From NCBI GenBank assembly GCA_965655095.1, contig OZ296659.1, positions 30,566,001 to 30,630,000 on the forward strand: a DNA stretch of 64,000 bases, read 5' to 3'. Source of the stretch: Haplodiscus bocki. Its lineage: Eukaryota. Each line of letters opens with the position of its first letter. Position 1 is the stretch's first letter. A model generated the notes under the pieces. It did not search any database and was not told where the DNA came from. It saw nothing but the letters and a program-made list of their open reading frames with translations. Below are positions 36,747 to 49,800 of this stretch, one piece after another. A program made the position numbers and the translations under genes.

Positions 36747-39700
36747 GGAGAGATTGCGGACATTACTCGTATACTTTACGACTGCGTTTCTTGCGGATTT
36801 TTTTCTGAAATTTTAATCTAATATGATTTCCTAGATGCTGGCATTGCGATTGTGACCGTTTTATAACTTATTTGGATCTTACTAGTTGCATTTTTTATCG
36901 GTGAAAAAGGCTGCATTTTTCAGATTTCTCGAAAAATCGTTTTGTTGTTGGATATGCTTCTACATGCGTCAATTGTTAAAACCGTTTTCGTCACTGACTA
37001 GTGATCGGATGGAGCCAATCCAGCACTGATTCAGTTACTCGTGCAGTTGTTCCGCGGCGTAGATTGGAAAGTCTGCTTTCAGATGTTAATGCGGAAACGT
37101 TTGACTTGAAGGTGAATCATTTAAGAGCGTTGAAGAGAACCATAAGATCGTTTCTATCTGTGACCGTTAGTGGTGTTTACTCCATCTAGTGCTGTTGCAT
37201 TAAATTACCTTGTAGAGGTTTTGCGGAGTTGCTTGGATATTCTGTTTCATGGTTACATTGCGAAAAATTTCGAATATTTGAAAACTTGGAGTTTTTTTCG
37301 TTGTTCGTTATGATAGATAATATCATTGATAAATGGTTGTATTGGGTCCATCTGCTGCTGCTTTAACTGTTTGAAAGCCTTTGAACTTTACGGAATGGCT
37401 CGGAGTGTTTATATTGTATTTTTTCCTATAAGTCTTGAGTTGTTTTGAAAAACCGATGTTTTTCTATAGCTAAATAAAACAAATGTCTTCTTTGAGCATC
37501 TGTCGGATGGGGATGATCCATCGCTAGTTCAAACAGCCACCACGGTCTAAACGTGCTATGAAGTAACTTGATTGTCGTCTATAGTTCTTTCGCGAGAAAT
37601 TTTAACTTTAAATTGAAGATGGTTTTTCTTTCTTTGCTTGCTAGAATCGTTTTTGTCAATAATTGTTAAGCGGATTAGGCAGCTCCTGCATTTCTCCAAC
37701 TGCTTGCGGCCTAGAGCTGTTGTAAGTCAGCTTGGATAGTCTGCTTTCTTATTTAATATTGCAAACAAATTCCATTTGAAATTGAAGATGTTTTCACTTG
37801 CGTTGTTCGTGAAATATGGTTTTCTTACAACAGTTTTGCGTACGCTTTGGTGGCTTTAAATATTCCCTTTTGGGACTTTAATTAAAGATACAGGAAGTAT
37901 TTTTTGTACTTTTGGTTTTGAGAATTTTAGCTTGTATTTGAGAAATCTAAGGCTCTTTCTCGCGTCGGTCGTGTTTTTTTCTGGCCAGCTGTTTGATTGC
38001 CCCTTTGAGTTGTGCTGCGATTCCCCTTTGCTGCGAAGTTTTGCGAACCAGCAGAGGCTAATGATTTCGAATTTTGTCCTGCTCAATGTCTGACGTTTCG
38101 AATGGAAAATTCAAGAGCTTTTATCTTGAGGGTTTTGTCGAAAGATTGCTTCTTGGTGGTTTTTCGTCAGATTGTGGGCCTCCAACGCCTCAAGAGTTAA
38201 TGGAGTATCAGAGATTTTCTTTCGTGAAGTTCCGCTTGTCACCTTTTCCAAGAACACATTTTAGCACAATTGCTGCGCTGTTCTGTCATTTTGCTGACTG
38301 AGGCGTTTCTTGACGCTGTACTATTTTCATTCAGGTCGCACCGCTCCTATTGCGCAGTTATCTTTTTTATTCGGAATGCAACAATAGCACGTTTTTAAGA
38401 CAGAGGAAATCTGATGTTTTCATCAAGAGTTGTGTATTAAGTATGTGTGCGAAAGTTGTGTCAGTCAGTTGAAATCTTTTTTCGGTTGCTTTCTCGGTGT
38501 TCTGAATTCTTTTTCCTGTAGGAAGTTGTACCGCAAGTGTCGGCGAAAAACAGCTTCGCTTCTGTGTTACACTTTCCACTAATTAGTGCTATGAAATAAG
38601 AGCCTTTTTTCCGAACGATTTAAAAGTTGCGTCGGTTGTTCACAAACACGGTTGTTGAAATTTTCTGGGAAATTGGACTTCGCTTGCTTGCTTGGTTGGC
38701 GGGCATCTTTGCGAAAGCGGCGATTAAATAAGTGAAGAGCAACTGAACCGGAAGAAATTTAATAGTGACCTAAGGGCTTATTTGGATTGCTTCGTTTCGG
38801 TTAGTTGAGTCGACAGTAAATATTGTTGCGTCTTTTCGAAAGTTGGTTTTTCGGAAGCGACAGATTCCATCACGGCAATCCAGTGCTGATTCGAGAGACC
38901 GCAATTGGGCACTTGGTTGGGAAAAAAAGCAGAGATGTGCCGTTTCATTCTTTTCTTGCGAAATATCCTGACCTGCACTCTGATAATGGAAGCCTTTTTG
39001 TTTGTTTTTCAGCGTTCTTTTCAGGGACTACCGATTCGATTAGGGTGCTCATTCGAAACCGCGTAAAGTAGAATTTGAGGAGAAGCCGGAAGGACCGCCT
39101 TCAAACATTCCAGGTGTTACTTCTTAAGGCAATCCAACGCTTTTTCAAAAGCAATCAATGTGTGAGGTCCGCGAAGTATGGTTTTACTATGGAACTCGAA
39201 TTTTTTTGGTTCAATATTTACCCATCCGATTACAGCTGTCCACTGATCAATTGTAAGTTTGAATATGTGCAATCTGTTGAGAAGCCTGAATGCCCCGATT
39301 TATACCTTCCTCGTGAAATTTCTTGAGTTTTAGTTTGAGTTCCGAAAACATTTTATTTACGTCCTTCTCAGAATTGTTTGTCTCGAAGACTACCCAGTCG
39401 ATTTCGACCATCCAGTCCTCAATTGAAAGAAGGCAATGTATGGACTTGCGAAGGAGTCAGGATATTCTATATCGAACCTTTGTTACCAAATTTCCTGAGT
39501 TTTTGTTGAGACAACTTCAAAATTTTACAACATCTTCGTCCAAAGATGCTTTTCTCGCAGACTATTGGTTTAACTGAGGGCATTCGGTCGCCACTCAGAA
39601 GCTCAGAATTTGGAAAATGCAGAGAAGCAGGAATGGCCTGTTTCCTTCATTTGATACTTTTTACATGAAGTCTTTCAACTTGTTATAAGTATTTCGATTA

Positions 39701-40874
39701 TGTATAGATTGTCTTCTTTGCTGCTATGAAAGACTATGGGTCGCATTGGAACAATCCGGCGCGTATTCAAAACCTTGTGTCGTAGAAATTCTGCTGGGAC
39801 TGAAGATCTCCTGTACCCAGCTTTTCACGCAAAGTTTTTTGACTTGTAGTTTGAATTTAGAAAATATTTTACTTACCTATTTTTCCAATATAGGTTTTAC
39901 CTAGACTATGGGTGAAATTTCGGCCATCCAGTGATCTTTCAAAAGCCCTCATTATGGGGATTCTTCGACGAAACAGGGATGTACTGTTCTTCTCGTTTCA
40001 CTCGAATTAATTTGACGATCACTTGCATCTGTTTTAAGTTGTTTTTTTTTCTCAAAGATTGTTGACTGGATTGCGGCCATGCGGTGTTCATTTGACAGCC
40101 TGGAAAATGCAGAGTCTACGAAGAAGCATGATAATGCTGTTTCATATGATTAATATTTTAAACATGATTATTTTGACGTTTTTTAGTTTGAATAAAAAAT
40201 TAAATGCGTGTTTTTTCAAAGTTGTCTCTCTCAAACACTTCCGTTTGAATTGTGGCTCATTGAAAAACTTACATTGTCTAGAGTTTTCAGTGAAACTGGA
40301 GTTACCCAAGTAATACTTTTTACTCAAAATTTTTTGACTAAAGGTTTTACTCTCGATTATCGGTTGGCCATCCATTTGTTAATTTGAATCCTTATAATTA
40401 GGATTGATTTTGAGCAGCTATATTTTCCATCTGCTTTCCAGGGAACCGTAATTGCTTCTATGAAAGTTTTCAGAGAATCAATTGAATGGTTTTTGTCGAT
40501 CGGCAGTTCTTGGATGCCATTTCTTACCTTCGTCGCAAGTGTATGCGACGCCCACCTTCGCCTCTGTGTAAGAAAATGTGGCGTATATATGTTGTTTTAC
40601 CGCACCAAATCTTTTTACGCATTAAGTGAAAGCCTGATATCGCTTGCTTTTACTTTCTTCATCGCTGTTGTCACGCTGAGTTAGCGAAAGAAGCAAATGA
40701 AATTCGGGGCGATAAAAAAATCTATCCAAGTTTATTTTTGGAACGTCCTAGATGTTAAATTCTTTCTTTCCGGCTACTTCACCTAAGCTAGTAAATGTCG
40801 CTATCTACTTCATGTAATCTAACTTTTTTTGTGAAAATTTATTGTTAGAGTTTTGCCCTTCACATTGATTACAG

Positions 40875-40983
40875 CAGCAAGCAACGAAGTGAAAATTGAA
40901 GAGTGGCAGCGAAAATACCAAATAGCAGTAACTGAGTTGTCCAAAGTCAAGAGATCTTTGCTGAACACTTCCCAGAACTCCGG
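40875..40983 (+). CDS. RNF212: RNF212/Zip3-family protein, exon 3 (coiled coil)
   Basis: ttacag| acceptor in phase 1; ASNEVKIEEWQRKYQIAVTELSKVKRSL; donor GG|gttcgt in phase 2. Confidence 0.6.
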
Positions 40984-41232
40984 GTTCGTATTTCGTTGCA
41001 AAATTTTGTTGAATGCAACAGTAAACGCAGTTGGCAATGCGACGGTATTCCATAAAAGTTGTTCTTTTCTATAGCATTCATGTACTCGCCTTTAAAAGTT
41101 TCGGATCGGACGAAATTGAATTCAAAGTAACTTATGGGTTTCAAAATACCTAAATTATGGCCAAATTAAGGATGTCCATGCGTTCCAACAAATTTAATCA
41201 GATGAATGAGAATGTATGATTGCCTTTTGCAG

Positions 41233-41539
41233 ACTTCATCGAGAAATTAGACAAGGAGAAAGATTAGTTGGTGTGGCAGCGCCTTTAAATGCACCCTTAC
41301 AAGCACCCGTCGCTTCTGTAGTATCAAGAATTGGAGAAAGTGAAACTGGATCTGCCAGAGCGCGTACTCCAAATGCACCGCGACATAACACGGAGAATCA
41401 GTTGAATGAAACCAGGGCCTCCTTTTTGTCTAACCCACATGGTAGTGCTAGGGGAGGTGAAGCAGGATCCTCGAGTAGCCGAAGTAGAAATATAGATTAT
41501 AAAAAGCGACTAGAAAACTTCTTCAGTTCTGCAAACTGA
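41233..41539 (+). CDS. RNF212: RNF212/Zip3-family protein, exon 4 (S/P/R-rich disordered tail; total 303 aa)
   Basis: ttttgcag| acceptor in phase 2. The four exons sum to 912 nt as an open frame ending TGA. Confidence 0.6.
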
Positions 41540-41892
41540 GTTACTTTGCCCTAAAAATCAAATACATTCTGCTTTGGAATTTAAGCGCTACATTTTATAC
41601 TTTTTATAGGATAGGAGTTTTAAGCTTCTTAAGAAGCAGCATTGTCAGATAGTTCTGGCTGCTGCAAAAGTTTCGGCATTTTTTGAGCTATGTTTACTGA
41701 TGACTGTTTATAAAAATTTTAATGTTTTCCTTGCCAATACTTAATTCGTATTTGTTCAGTCTAGATTTTTAAATATTAATGTAGTCACGCCTCAATCTGT
41801 ATGTTAACTTGAAAGGTCTTTTCAGATGAGATATAGTATTGGTGATTAATCAGTTTCCAGTCAAAAGTCTTTCCAAAAGGTATGGTGTGAGA

Positions 41893-42084
41893 ATGTTCAA
41901 ACTGAGTCGATGTGCCGATACTGGTAATCTGGAATGGGTTGTTAAGGAAAATGGGGATGATAATATGGAAGAAGAAATTGCACTTTCTACGTATGGTGAC
42001 ATGCTACATGATAAGGAAAGAAATGACAAATATGACGAAGCAATACAAAATGCAGTTTCTTCGCTGAAGATGGCCGGACAAAAA
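41893..42084 (+). CDS. PRMT7: Protein arginine N-methyltransferase 7, exon 1
   Basis: TGNLEW...EEIALSTYGDMLHDKERNDKY...AV...GQK matches the PRMT7 N-terminus. Probable GC donor AAA|gcaagt. Confidence 0.9.
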
Positions 42085-42249
42085 GCAAGTAAATAACCTC
42101 TACCTTTTCTGCTGTCACATGGGCAGTTTTCAGCAAATCTACAACAGGACAAAAAACAGCCCTTTCCTCTAATTTGATTTTCCAAAAAGCGGCGGCTTTT
42201 GGATTTTTCAGCCTATCAGTTTTCCGATGCAAGTAACAAAACCGGAAAT

Positions 42250-43800
42250 AGACTTTACCAATTCAATTTATACTGGAAAGAGCTGTCCAAAGACGCCTTG
42301 ATGCAAAGAATTCAGCGGAAAGTTCTTGTTGAAAAATGTTTGATTTTGGAAAAAATTGTCACATGTCGTAGTTGCGAAGGAAAACGAATATAGAATGTTA
42401 GCGTCCAATGATTTTACAAGTAGAAGCAGGCTTTGAGTCCTTGATAAAAGAAATCCAGAGAGGTTTCTTTAGAAAATTGAGTATGAATATCGAAAAAAAT
42501 TGATACTAAGGACATTTTTGGGCTGTTCAGCTCATCACGATTCCGATGCAAGTGACGAAACCTGACATTTACAGGAGGATACCTTTTAAAAAGTTGAAAA
42601 ATCGATTGAAACATTTCTAGTTGAGGACTGTCGTTGTGTAAGACATTATTGATTGAAAAATCCGGTAGTTGTGGACAAATTCTCTTCGAATGTCGAGAAG
42701 TAAGTACTAATGCAATTTTCGGCTTTTTCGGTCTCTTGAGAAATTTAATGCAATGCACAAAATCCCAGATTGTAGTGTTGAAGATCCTTTTAAGATATGC
42801 AAAAAAAACTCTCGACTCAGACGATAATTGGAGACAACCAAACCGTTAGTTTGAGAGAAAGTTGATTTTGGTAATTTAGATAAGTCAAGGCTGATGGCAA
42901 CTATTGGCTTGTTCGGCATTTCAGGATTCCATTGGAATGATCGAAATCGGATTTTTTGCGTTGAATTCTTTTCGGCAAGTTTGAAATTACTCATTGGGGC
43001 TTTGGAGAACGAAATCAAGCCGGTGGCTTTGGAGGAATGCGAGTTTGAAGCTCGCGAAAATTAACTAATGCAAGTTTTTTTTTCGGCGTTTCCGGGCTGA
43101 GAATTCGCATGCATTGATCCAAATAGTCGTTTGAATGACTTTCAGCAAGTTGAAAGCATATTTAAGTTGTTGACAGGCCAAATCAAACCGAGGGGTTTGG
43201 AGAATGCTGAAGGTCGAGAAAAGTGCGTACTGAAGTCAACTTTCGCGTTGTTCGATCTATCAGGATTGTAATGCAATGATAAAGACCAAGCTGTTCTGTG
43301 TTGAATGCTCTTTAATAAGTGGAAAACTGTCGATTGAGGCATTTTAGGCAGAATTTCAGGCAGTAGTCTGGGGAAGTTGTGAGGTAAAAATTGAGAGTAG
43401 TCATTACTACTGCCAATTTTTGGTATTTCGGTCTATCAGCATTCCTATGTAGAGCGGAAATTCCACATATTGAGTGTTGATTGACCCTTCTACGTGTCAA
43501 AAGCTGTTAGTTGAGACAGTGACAAGGCATCCAGCAGGCAGAGTTACAAAAGAATGTCAAAACCTCAGCATTTCGACTGAAGGTATTGAGGATCAGGCGG
43601 AAAAGTATTCGTGCTCAGTTGTTTTTGTTCTTTTGGAACCCGACAGAGACCATGTTATGTTTATAAGAAGTTTTCTCCCAAGTTTTGCCAATAGTTCATT
43701 GTTTAGTTCTTCTAATCGTATTGATTAGTTTGTTTATGGAGTTTTTCAAAGAAAACTTTTCCTCAAGTTTTTGGATTGTTGCTCAAGTCAAGCTGTTTGA
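42250..43800 (-). mobile_element. Ancient decayed APE-RT LINE in PRMT7 intron 1
   Basis: Minus-strand traces parallel the 16.5-18 kb ORF2 in order: RLILNTFS, ADRP, YSQFLPHNF/PDYCLKFCL, FRSF, TSRH. Very degenerate. Confidence 0.4.
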
Positions 43801-43942
43801 TATTGCCGAAAAAATTCATATTCGAGATGTTTTAGCAGAAGAAGCTAAAACAACTTCAAGAAAAGAAAATAGATCCTTCTGGTGCGTTGAAGTTATTTTT
43901 TCAGTCGTAGTTTTTAAAAAAACGCGAAATACTTCAAGGCGG

Positions 43943-44010
43943 GTCCTAGTGGGTATCGAACCCGAATCGTTGTAGTTTGACGCCCCTCTCGCCTCTTTCG
44001 ATTCATCACT
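43943..44010 (-). mobile_element. Possible tRNA-derived SINE remnant
   Basis: B box GGTTCGATACC on the minus strand (43952-43962); the A box is weak. Confidence 0.3.
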
Positions 44011-44750
44011 TCACTAAGGAAGCCAGGTGGTACCTCAGTTGAGTTGATGCTTTGACGCAGGCGGAATTGCAAGCGAATGGAGAAAAAAGTCAACATACTG
44101 AGGGAATGATTTTCTTTACCCAATATATTACGCCGGAAAAATATTGGGACGGGATTTTTTTGCTTTCCAACTGTTAGAAAATGCGTTTTTTAGGGAAGCT
44201 ACCTTTTAGTATGTCTGCAGCACTTTTTATATTTTTTCTCATTCAAAAGTTTTCACTTTTTTGAAAGAAACGTAACTTTTCGTCGAGAAAAATTTTATGA
44301 AATTTCGCGTTTCTTCAAACATTCCGCGGAATATTTACCACATTTTCCTATTTTTAAATAGATCAAGTTTTTCGAAAAATTTTCTTCAATTAAACCCTAT
44401 TTTTGATTTAACTGGTTGTAGAATAATTTAACCCCAATTGAACCGCTGGACAATTTTGCGACCTTCAGAAAAACTGAAATAATTCGCAGCTGATAATGTG
44501 CCAACTACTTTTTTCTGGTAGGTGAACAATAGTGCTTTGAAAGGTCTGTTTTGATCTGGTGGATACCTTCAGCCGCCTTCTCCATAATTTTTTTTGCTGT
44601 GGCCGCTTCGCACCTATTCGGCGTTGCGGTGGCCCGTTATGTAGGGTTGGTAACAACAGCGAATTTTGGGTTCCTACGGACAAGGCATAATAGGTATGGT
44701 CTGATTCAAGGTTGTACTGTCCTGGGGCAACCATATTGGAAAGAAATGTC

Positions 44751-45165
44751 TGTCACGATACCAATCATACATAGTACATCAAACTTTTCGCTCTACCCAA
44801 AAAGAACAAACATGGACCTATGACAACTCTGACCCTTTTGCAGAACAGCACGATGCTAAGCGTGTTTAGTGAGCGACAGAAGCACAACGCGGAAAAACAG
44901 CCTAGCAGAAAACTCCTCCTCAGAGTAACGCTCGAGAAAATATCTGACTTCTCGATTCTCTTGACGTCAGTCGTTTAAAGTATGATAGTTCCTCTTACTT
45001 TTCTGCCTCCCTCAAGAGATTTTTTGGAGAGAACATTGTAGCACTCTTCTGTAATACAGAGAAATGCTAAGCCGTAGAAGTGACTTTCGTTAATACTACG
45101 CCTTCTCACATAACTAACATAAAAATATTCGACATGATATGACATTGCCATATGACATGGTGACA
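44751..45165 (-). mobile_element. LTR-like segment (415 bp)
   Basis: Bounded by inverted TGTCAC...GTGACA and lies just downstream of a minus-strand gag-like remnant. No TSD or partner LTR seen; orientation is inferred from the gag. Confidence 0.45.
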
Positions 45166-45175
45166 GGAGAGGGCC

Positions 45176-45233
45176 GGTGTCATAGTATGGTGACCACGGT
45201 GGTGTCATAGTATGGTGACCACGGTGGTGTCAT
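45176..45233. repeat. Perfect 25-bp tandem repeat (2.3 copies)
   Basis: ggtgtcatagtatggtgaccacggt twice, plus ggtgtcat. Confidence 0.95.
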
Positions 45234-45239
45234 CTGAAT

Positions 45240-46300
45240 CCGCTTTTTTGAAGGAATTAACTGCGGTATCGGATTATGTTGCTGAACATTGTTCTGGGTC
45301 GAGTATAGGGTGCTTGTTAAAGGAGGAGGTTGGCAATTCCGAGGACGAAACCAACTATATGGAGCTGCCTGTCTTTTTACAAACCCGACAATAGCGTTGT
45401 GATGATTGAGTATGTCGCTGACTCTGATTGCTGGGTTGAGATTTTTGCCTTTTAATGTTGTTGTTTTTGCGCCAGTTGTGATTGTTTCTAAGCCCATTTT
45501 GCTGATTTTTGCAATTTTGGTTGTTTCCACAAGAATTCAACTGGAGATTTTTGTTGTGATTTTGCTGGCGATTTTGTTGCTTTTGGTTAGTAAGTCGAGT
45601 TAGATTGTTCTCGTCCGCTGATTGAGGGCAGGTTGCAATTGCTTACTCAAGTTTTGGAGTATCTTGCGCTTGAGAGTGCTTGGATGCCAGTTAAAAGACC
45701 TTTACTGGTTTTGGAACTAACTTCATTGAAGTCGTTGCCATCATTTTCTGTGCACAACTTGTCAATTATCTTACTGGCGTCTTTTGAATACAAATCTTCT
45801 TTTGTTGTCTCTTCTGGTAGTGTCAGCAGACTTCCCAATTCCGTAGGAATGACGTCTATGAATGATTCTCTGACAAGTTTGTTGCACTCTTGTGATGTAT
45901 CCTCTGCCGCAACAACTGGTCGTCTACCTTCAGCTGCACTTGGTTCTCTAATTTCGTAAGCTTCCAAGGCCAATCGCTGGAGACAGGAGGAAGTCCTGAA
46001 CATTCTTTTCTGATGGTTTCAATATGCGCGCCGTGAAGAGAAGTTTTTGCAGTTGGACACGTTTTTCGGTGCACAATCCAGTAACTGTCTCCTCGTGTAG
46101 CTGCGGGCTTCTGCTCAAAACCTGTCAGAATACCTCCCAGATGAAGATATTGATATCGGCCTCCTGTAGTGCCAGCAGTTTGAATGAAGCTTTCGAGCTG
46201 GCGAAGGGAATTCGGTGAAATTTGAGATCTCTTTTTCCGCGCCCTTGAAGGGTTGCAAACTAACAAAGCGTTGGATCGCAGCTCTTGATGATTTTTGGCA
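45240..46300 (-). mobile_element. Gypsy-like gag remnant
   Basis: PFKGAEKEISNFTEF[fs]LRQLESFIQTAG...YQYLHLGG (capsid-start-like), then an N/Q-rich linker and YCRVCKKTG (decayed zinc knuckle). Confidence 0.5.
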
Positions 46301-47959
46301 GAGAGCTACTGGACAACATCTTGTGGAGTGGAGCATTTCTGAGCATCATAGGTAAAGATATCGAGTGCATGAGCAGTTCACTTGTATAGATTTGTTAGAG
46401 TTTTTGCCGGAAAATGAATTTCTCAACTGCAGACGTTAAAGTGCCGCTTTGAACTCTAATGCTGTTCGAGTTGGACAAATTAACAACAGACTGTGAAAAA
46501 TTTAGCATGCTAAAAAATATAAGTTTGTGGAGAACTGATTCGGAATTTGAAAAAATGGTTGGCTGTTTTACAGCAGCGCTAGATCATTTGGGCTTTAAGG
46601 TCGAAATGGTGCAATTGGCAAGTGTACATTTAGAAACACACGTAGTGAGAGGATTACTTTCCTTCCATATTTGTATGGATGGAAATGAAACCCTTTGCAA
46701 TGACTGGAAGTTTTTGCGATTTTTTTCCAAATGTCTATTCAGAGCATTTTTCGAATCTCGAACTGCATATTTTGGAAACTTCTTCGAATTGATATTTTTT
46801 GGCTCCGAAAAATTTGAAAATCTGTGAATTTTGGAGTTGAGCATGGTTACAGCAGGTTGCAGTAATTTTTCATTTTCAGGTATCTTGTTTTATATGGAAA
46901 GAAAAGTTATTCAATGGCTGGTGGTGTTTTTCTGTTTTTTTTTTCGGACGCATTCTGCCAATTTAGAGTTCTCACTAAGAGTTCGTTCACTCCTATTGAT
47001 CATTTGTGCACTTCATATTCATAACTATCTTTCACTGTTACCACGATAAGCAAATTTCCATGCAGCAGTTGTTTCTATTTTGCCAAATTATATAATGAGA
47101 CTACTTACTATAGCAGTTCTTCACAACAATCTGTTTTTCTTGCCATGGAGTAGGTTTTTTGGAAATAAAATTCGTAATTTTGAAGTTTGACGGCGTATTG
47201 TTCATTTTTTATTATACTTAAACTCCAAAGTTGCCGTAGAAGGCCATTACTATACCAGTTTTTCTCAAAATTTGTTGTCCTCGCATGAATTCAGGGCTTT
47301 TGTTTACTAAAATTCAGGGAAAAGTTACATTGTTTTTTGAGTTTAAGGCAAACTTTCTTTTTTTTGACATTTTTGGGTTCAAATTACATTTTTAGAAACG
47401 TTAGTTCCCTAGTTTGTGATACAAAAATTATCCCAGAGTTTGCCGGGCGTCTTATTATTTTTCGTCGAAAAAATTATTACGTAAAAAATATTCAATTCAG
47501 TACTGGGCGTCGGCTGTTTTTTCTTTCCTGAAATCGCCCATGACCTTCAGACTTTATTGCACAGCCATTAGTACCTTGTTTAATACAAATATATGGCGTC
47601 ACCATGGTTACGAAGCCAAAGATGGCGGGTTCGCATCCTGCTATCCGCCATTTTTTTCTACTTATTTCCAAATACTCGTTAACCCATTCTTATTTTGTAA
47701 TACCAGAAAGCAGATTTTTTTCGACAAAATTGAGGGTTTTTTGATAAGTAGGCTTTTTTTCTCGAAAATTATCCATTTACCAATTTAACTGAAGCAAATC
47801 GGCATTTCTGATTTTTCAATAAATTGAAAAATTGATTTTCCAAATAAAGCCGAAAAAAGTGGAAAGTTTATAAATCGGTCAAAAAATTCAACTAAAATTG
47901 TATTTGAACTTTTTTTCAGTTTTTCGGTATTAGTTTTTTTCACTACCCTAGTTTCTCCG

Positions 47960-49800
47960 GGGTCAGAAAAGGAGATGTCACTTCGAAGATACTTCTACTG
48001 GAACATGTTCTGTGATCCCCAGCTTGAGAGAATACCGAAAAGCGCAATTATTATTGAATTTCCTCTAAGTTGCAACTCACTTTTCTCCAACAATACAAAG
48101 CTCAATTCTTTCATTTAGGTCTCAATCCCAATCGTTCTTCTTGTAGAAGAGCACTCTTTTAAAAAGTCGGTGGTTTTATGCCTGGCGTCACAAACCCCGT
48201 AGTCCGGAAATTCTGAAAAATGCCATCGTTTTTGATAAATCTCATTGTCCGAACTGAATTTTCTCAGCAACTCCAGGTTCATCAATTGAAAGTGTTACTC
48301 CTGTAGAGGAGGATTCAATTAAAAAACCATTGATATTGATCCTTGCATCAAATTTTTTATAGTCGAAAATCTTCAGAAAATTGTTTTTGAAAATGATTCA
48401 TCTCGATTATCGAAATGGTGTTTCTCCGTAACTACAGATTTGATTTTCTTCATGAGGGTCACAATCGAAAACCTTACAGCTAGAAAATAGGACTGAGTTG
48501 GAATTTTAGTCAGTTGGTTCTTTGCATCGATGTTCGGACAGTCCCGAAAATCTAAGGGTGTTTTTTTGTTGACTTATGTTGAAATTCAAACTCATATTTC
48601 TCTGTAGCTACAGGCTCAATTTCTTCCAGGGTCTCAATCGAATGCTCGAAACTTGTTAAGTATTATTCAATTTCATTCTTATCTTCGCTTCAGTTTTCTG
48701 GTAGTCCGAATCTTCCAATTGTGCTAATGATTTTGATACATCTCCCTATTCAGTCTCATATTTCTCTCTAACTACACGCTTATTTTTCCGTCAAGGTCTC
48801 ACCCGATCATTTTTTATACTTTACTTGCGGCGGAGAATTGGATTTAGAAGTTGCTTTTTGTGCTCCTTGGATTAGAATTGTGATAGTCCGAAAATTCAAA
48901 TGCGCTATCAGTTTTGATTCATCACCAGATGCAAACTCTCTTCTCTGTAACTACCAGTCTAATTTCCTTTATGAAAATCTGAATCGGCAGACTTTTAGTT
49001 GCAGATGTAATTTGGCTTCTAAGAGCAGAGATTTTTTTGTTTGTCTTGGAATATGGTTAGTTCAAGAATGCCAACCAACTAATGATTTTGACAAATTCCA
49101 TTTATTAGTTCTCCATAACCTCTGACTTGACTTTTGGCTGCAAGATTTCAATCTCTGGTTTTTTTGGTAGACTACTCAGTTTGATCATTATTGAATTCGT
49201 TCCTTGCGCCGCAATCCTGATAGTCCGAGAATGTCAAAAATGCTCCCAATATTGAAAGATCGCTTCATTCAAAGTCATGTATCTCCTTAACTACCGGCTT
49301 GATTTATTTCACCCAATGTCGCAATCGAAAACTCCCTATTCTTGGAGGAATTGTGAATTGAAATACTATGAAGCCTGATCCTGCATTGAATTCGTTGTTT
49401 TGAAATCCCCAGAAGTTCTTATAATCTAATAATCTGGACTCGATCTGATACATCTCGATTTTCAAACTCGGTTTTGTCCAAAAATACTGAATTGAGTTCT
49501 TTCTTCAAGGTCTCCATCTTCAGTTTTCTACTTTTGCTGGATAATTCCATTAAAAAGAGTTTTTTTTATGCATTCTGGTCTGAGTGACCAGAATTGAGAG
49601 AAATTGCTGTTAGTCTTGACATGCCTCAATAATCCCTCTATTTCTTCAACTCTGCCTCTTTCGTTTTTCCTTCAACTTGTCAGTCGATAGCTTTTTACTT
49701 GAAGCAAACTGTTCCTTCCTAAAAGTTTTGAAATTTGATTTTTACATCGGACTTGGGGTCTTCATTGACCAAAATGGCAAAAGTTCTATTAGTGTTGAAT
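47960..49800. repeat. Decayed tandem repeat, units alternating ~160 and ~180 bp
   Basis: A tagtccgaaaat-like marker recurs at ~48200, 48360, 48540, 48702, 48884, 49038 and 49221; ctgtaactac-like motifs recur with it. Confidence 0.7.

Noticed and set aside
37000-39900. Possible very old minus-strand LINE in RNF212L intron 2 (and a similar trace at 44490-44730)
   Set aside because: Only faint motif traces (RINI*KQTFQ; LPEK/VV across a frameshift), not enough to call.
45176-45233. Direct repeats resembling a CRISPR array
   Set aside because: Units are contiguous without spacers, there are only 2.3 copies, and the context is eukaryotic.
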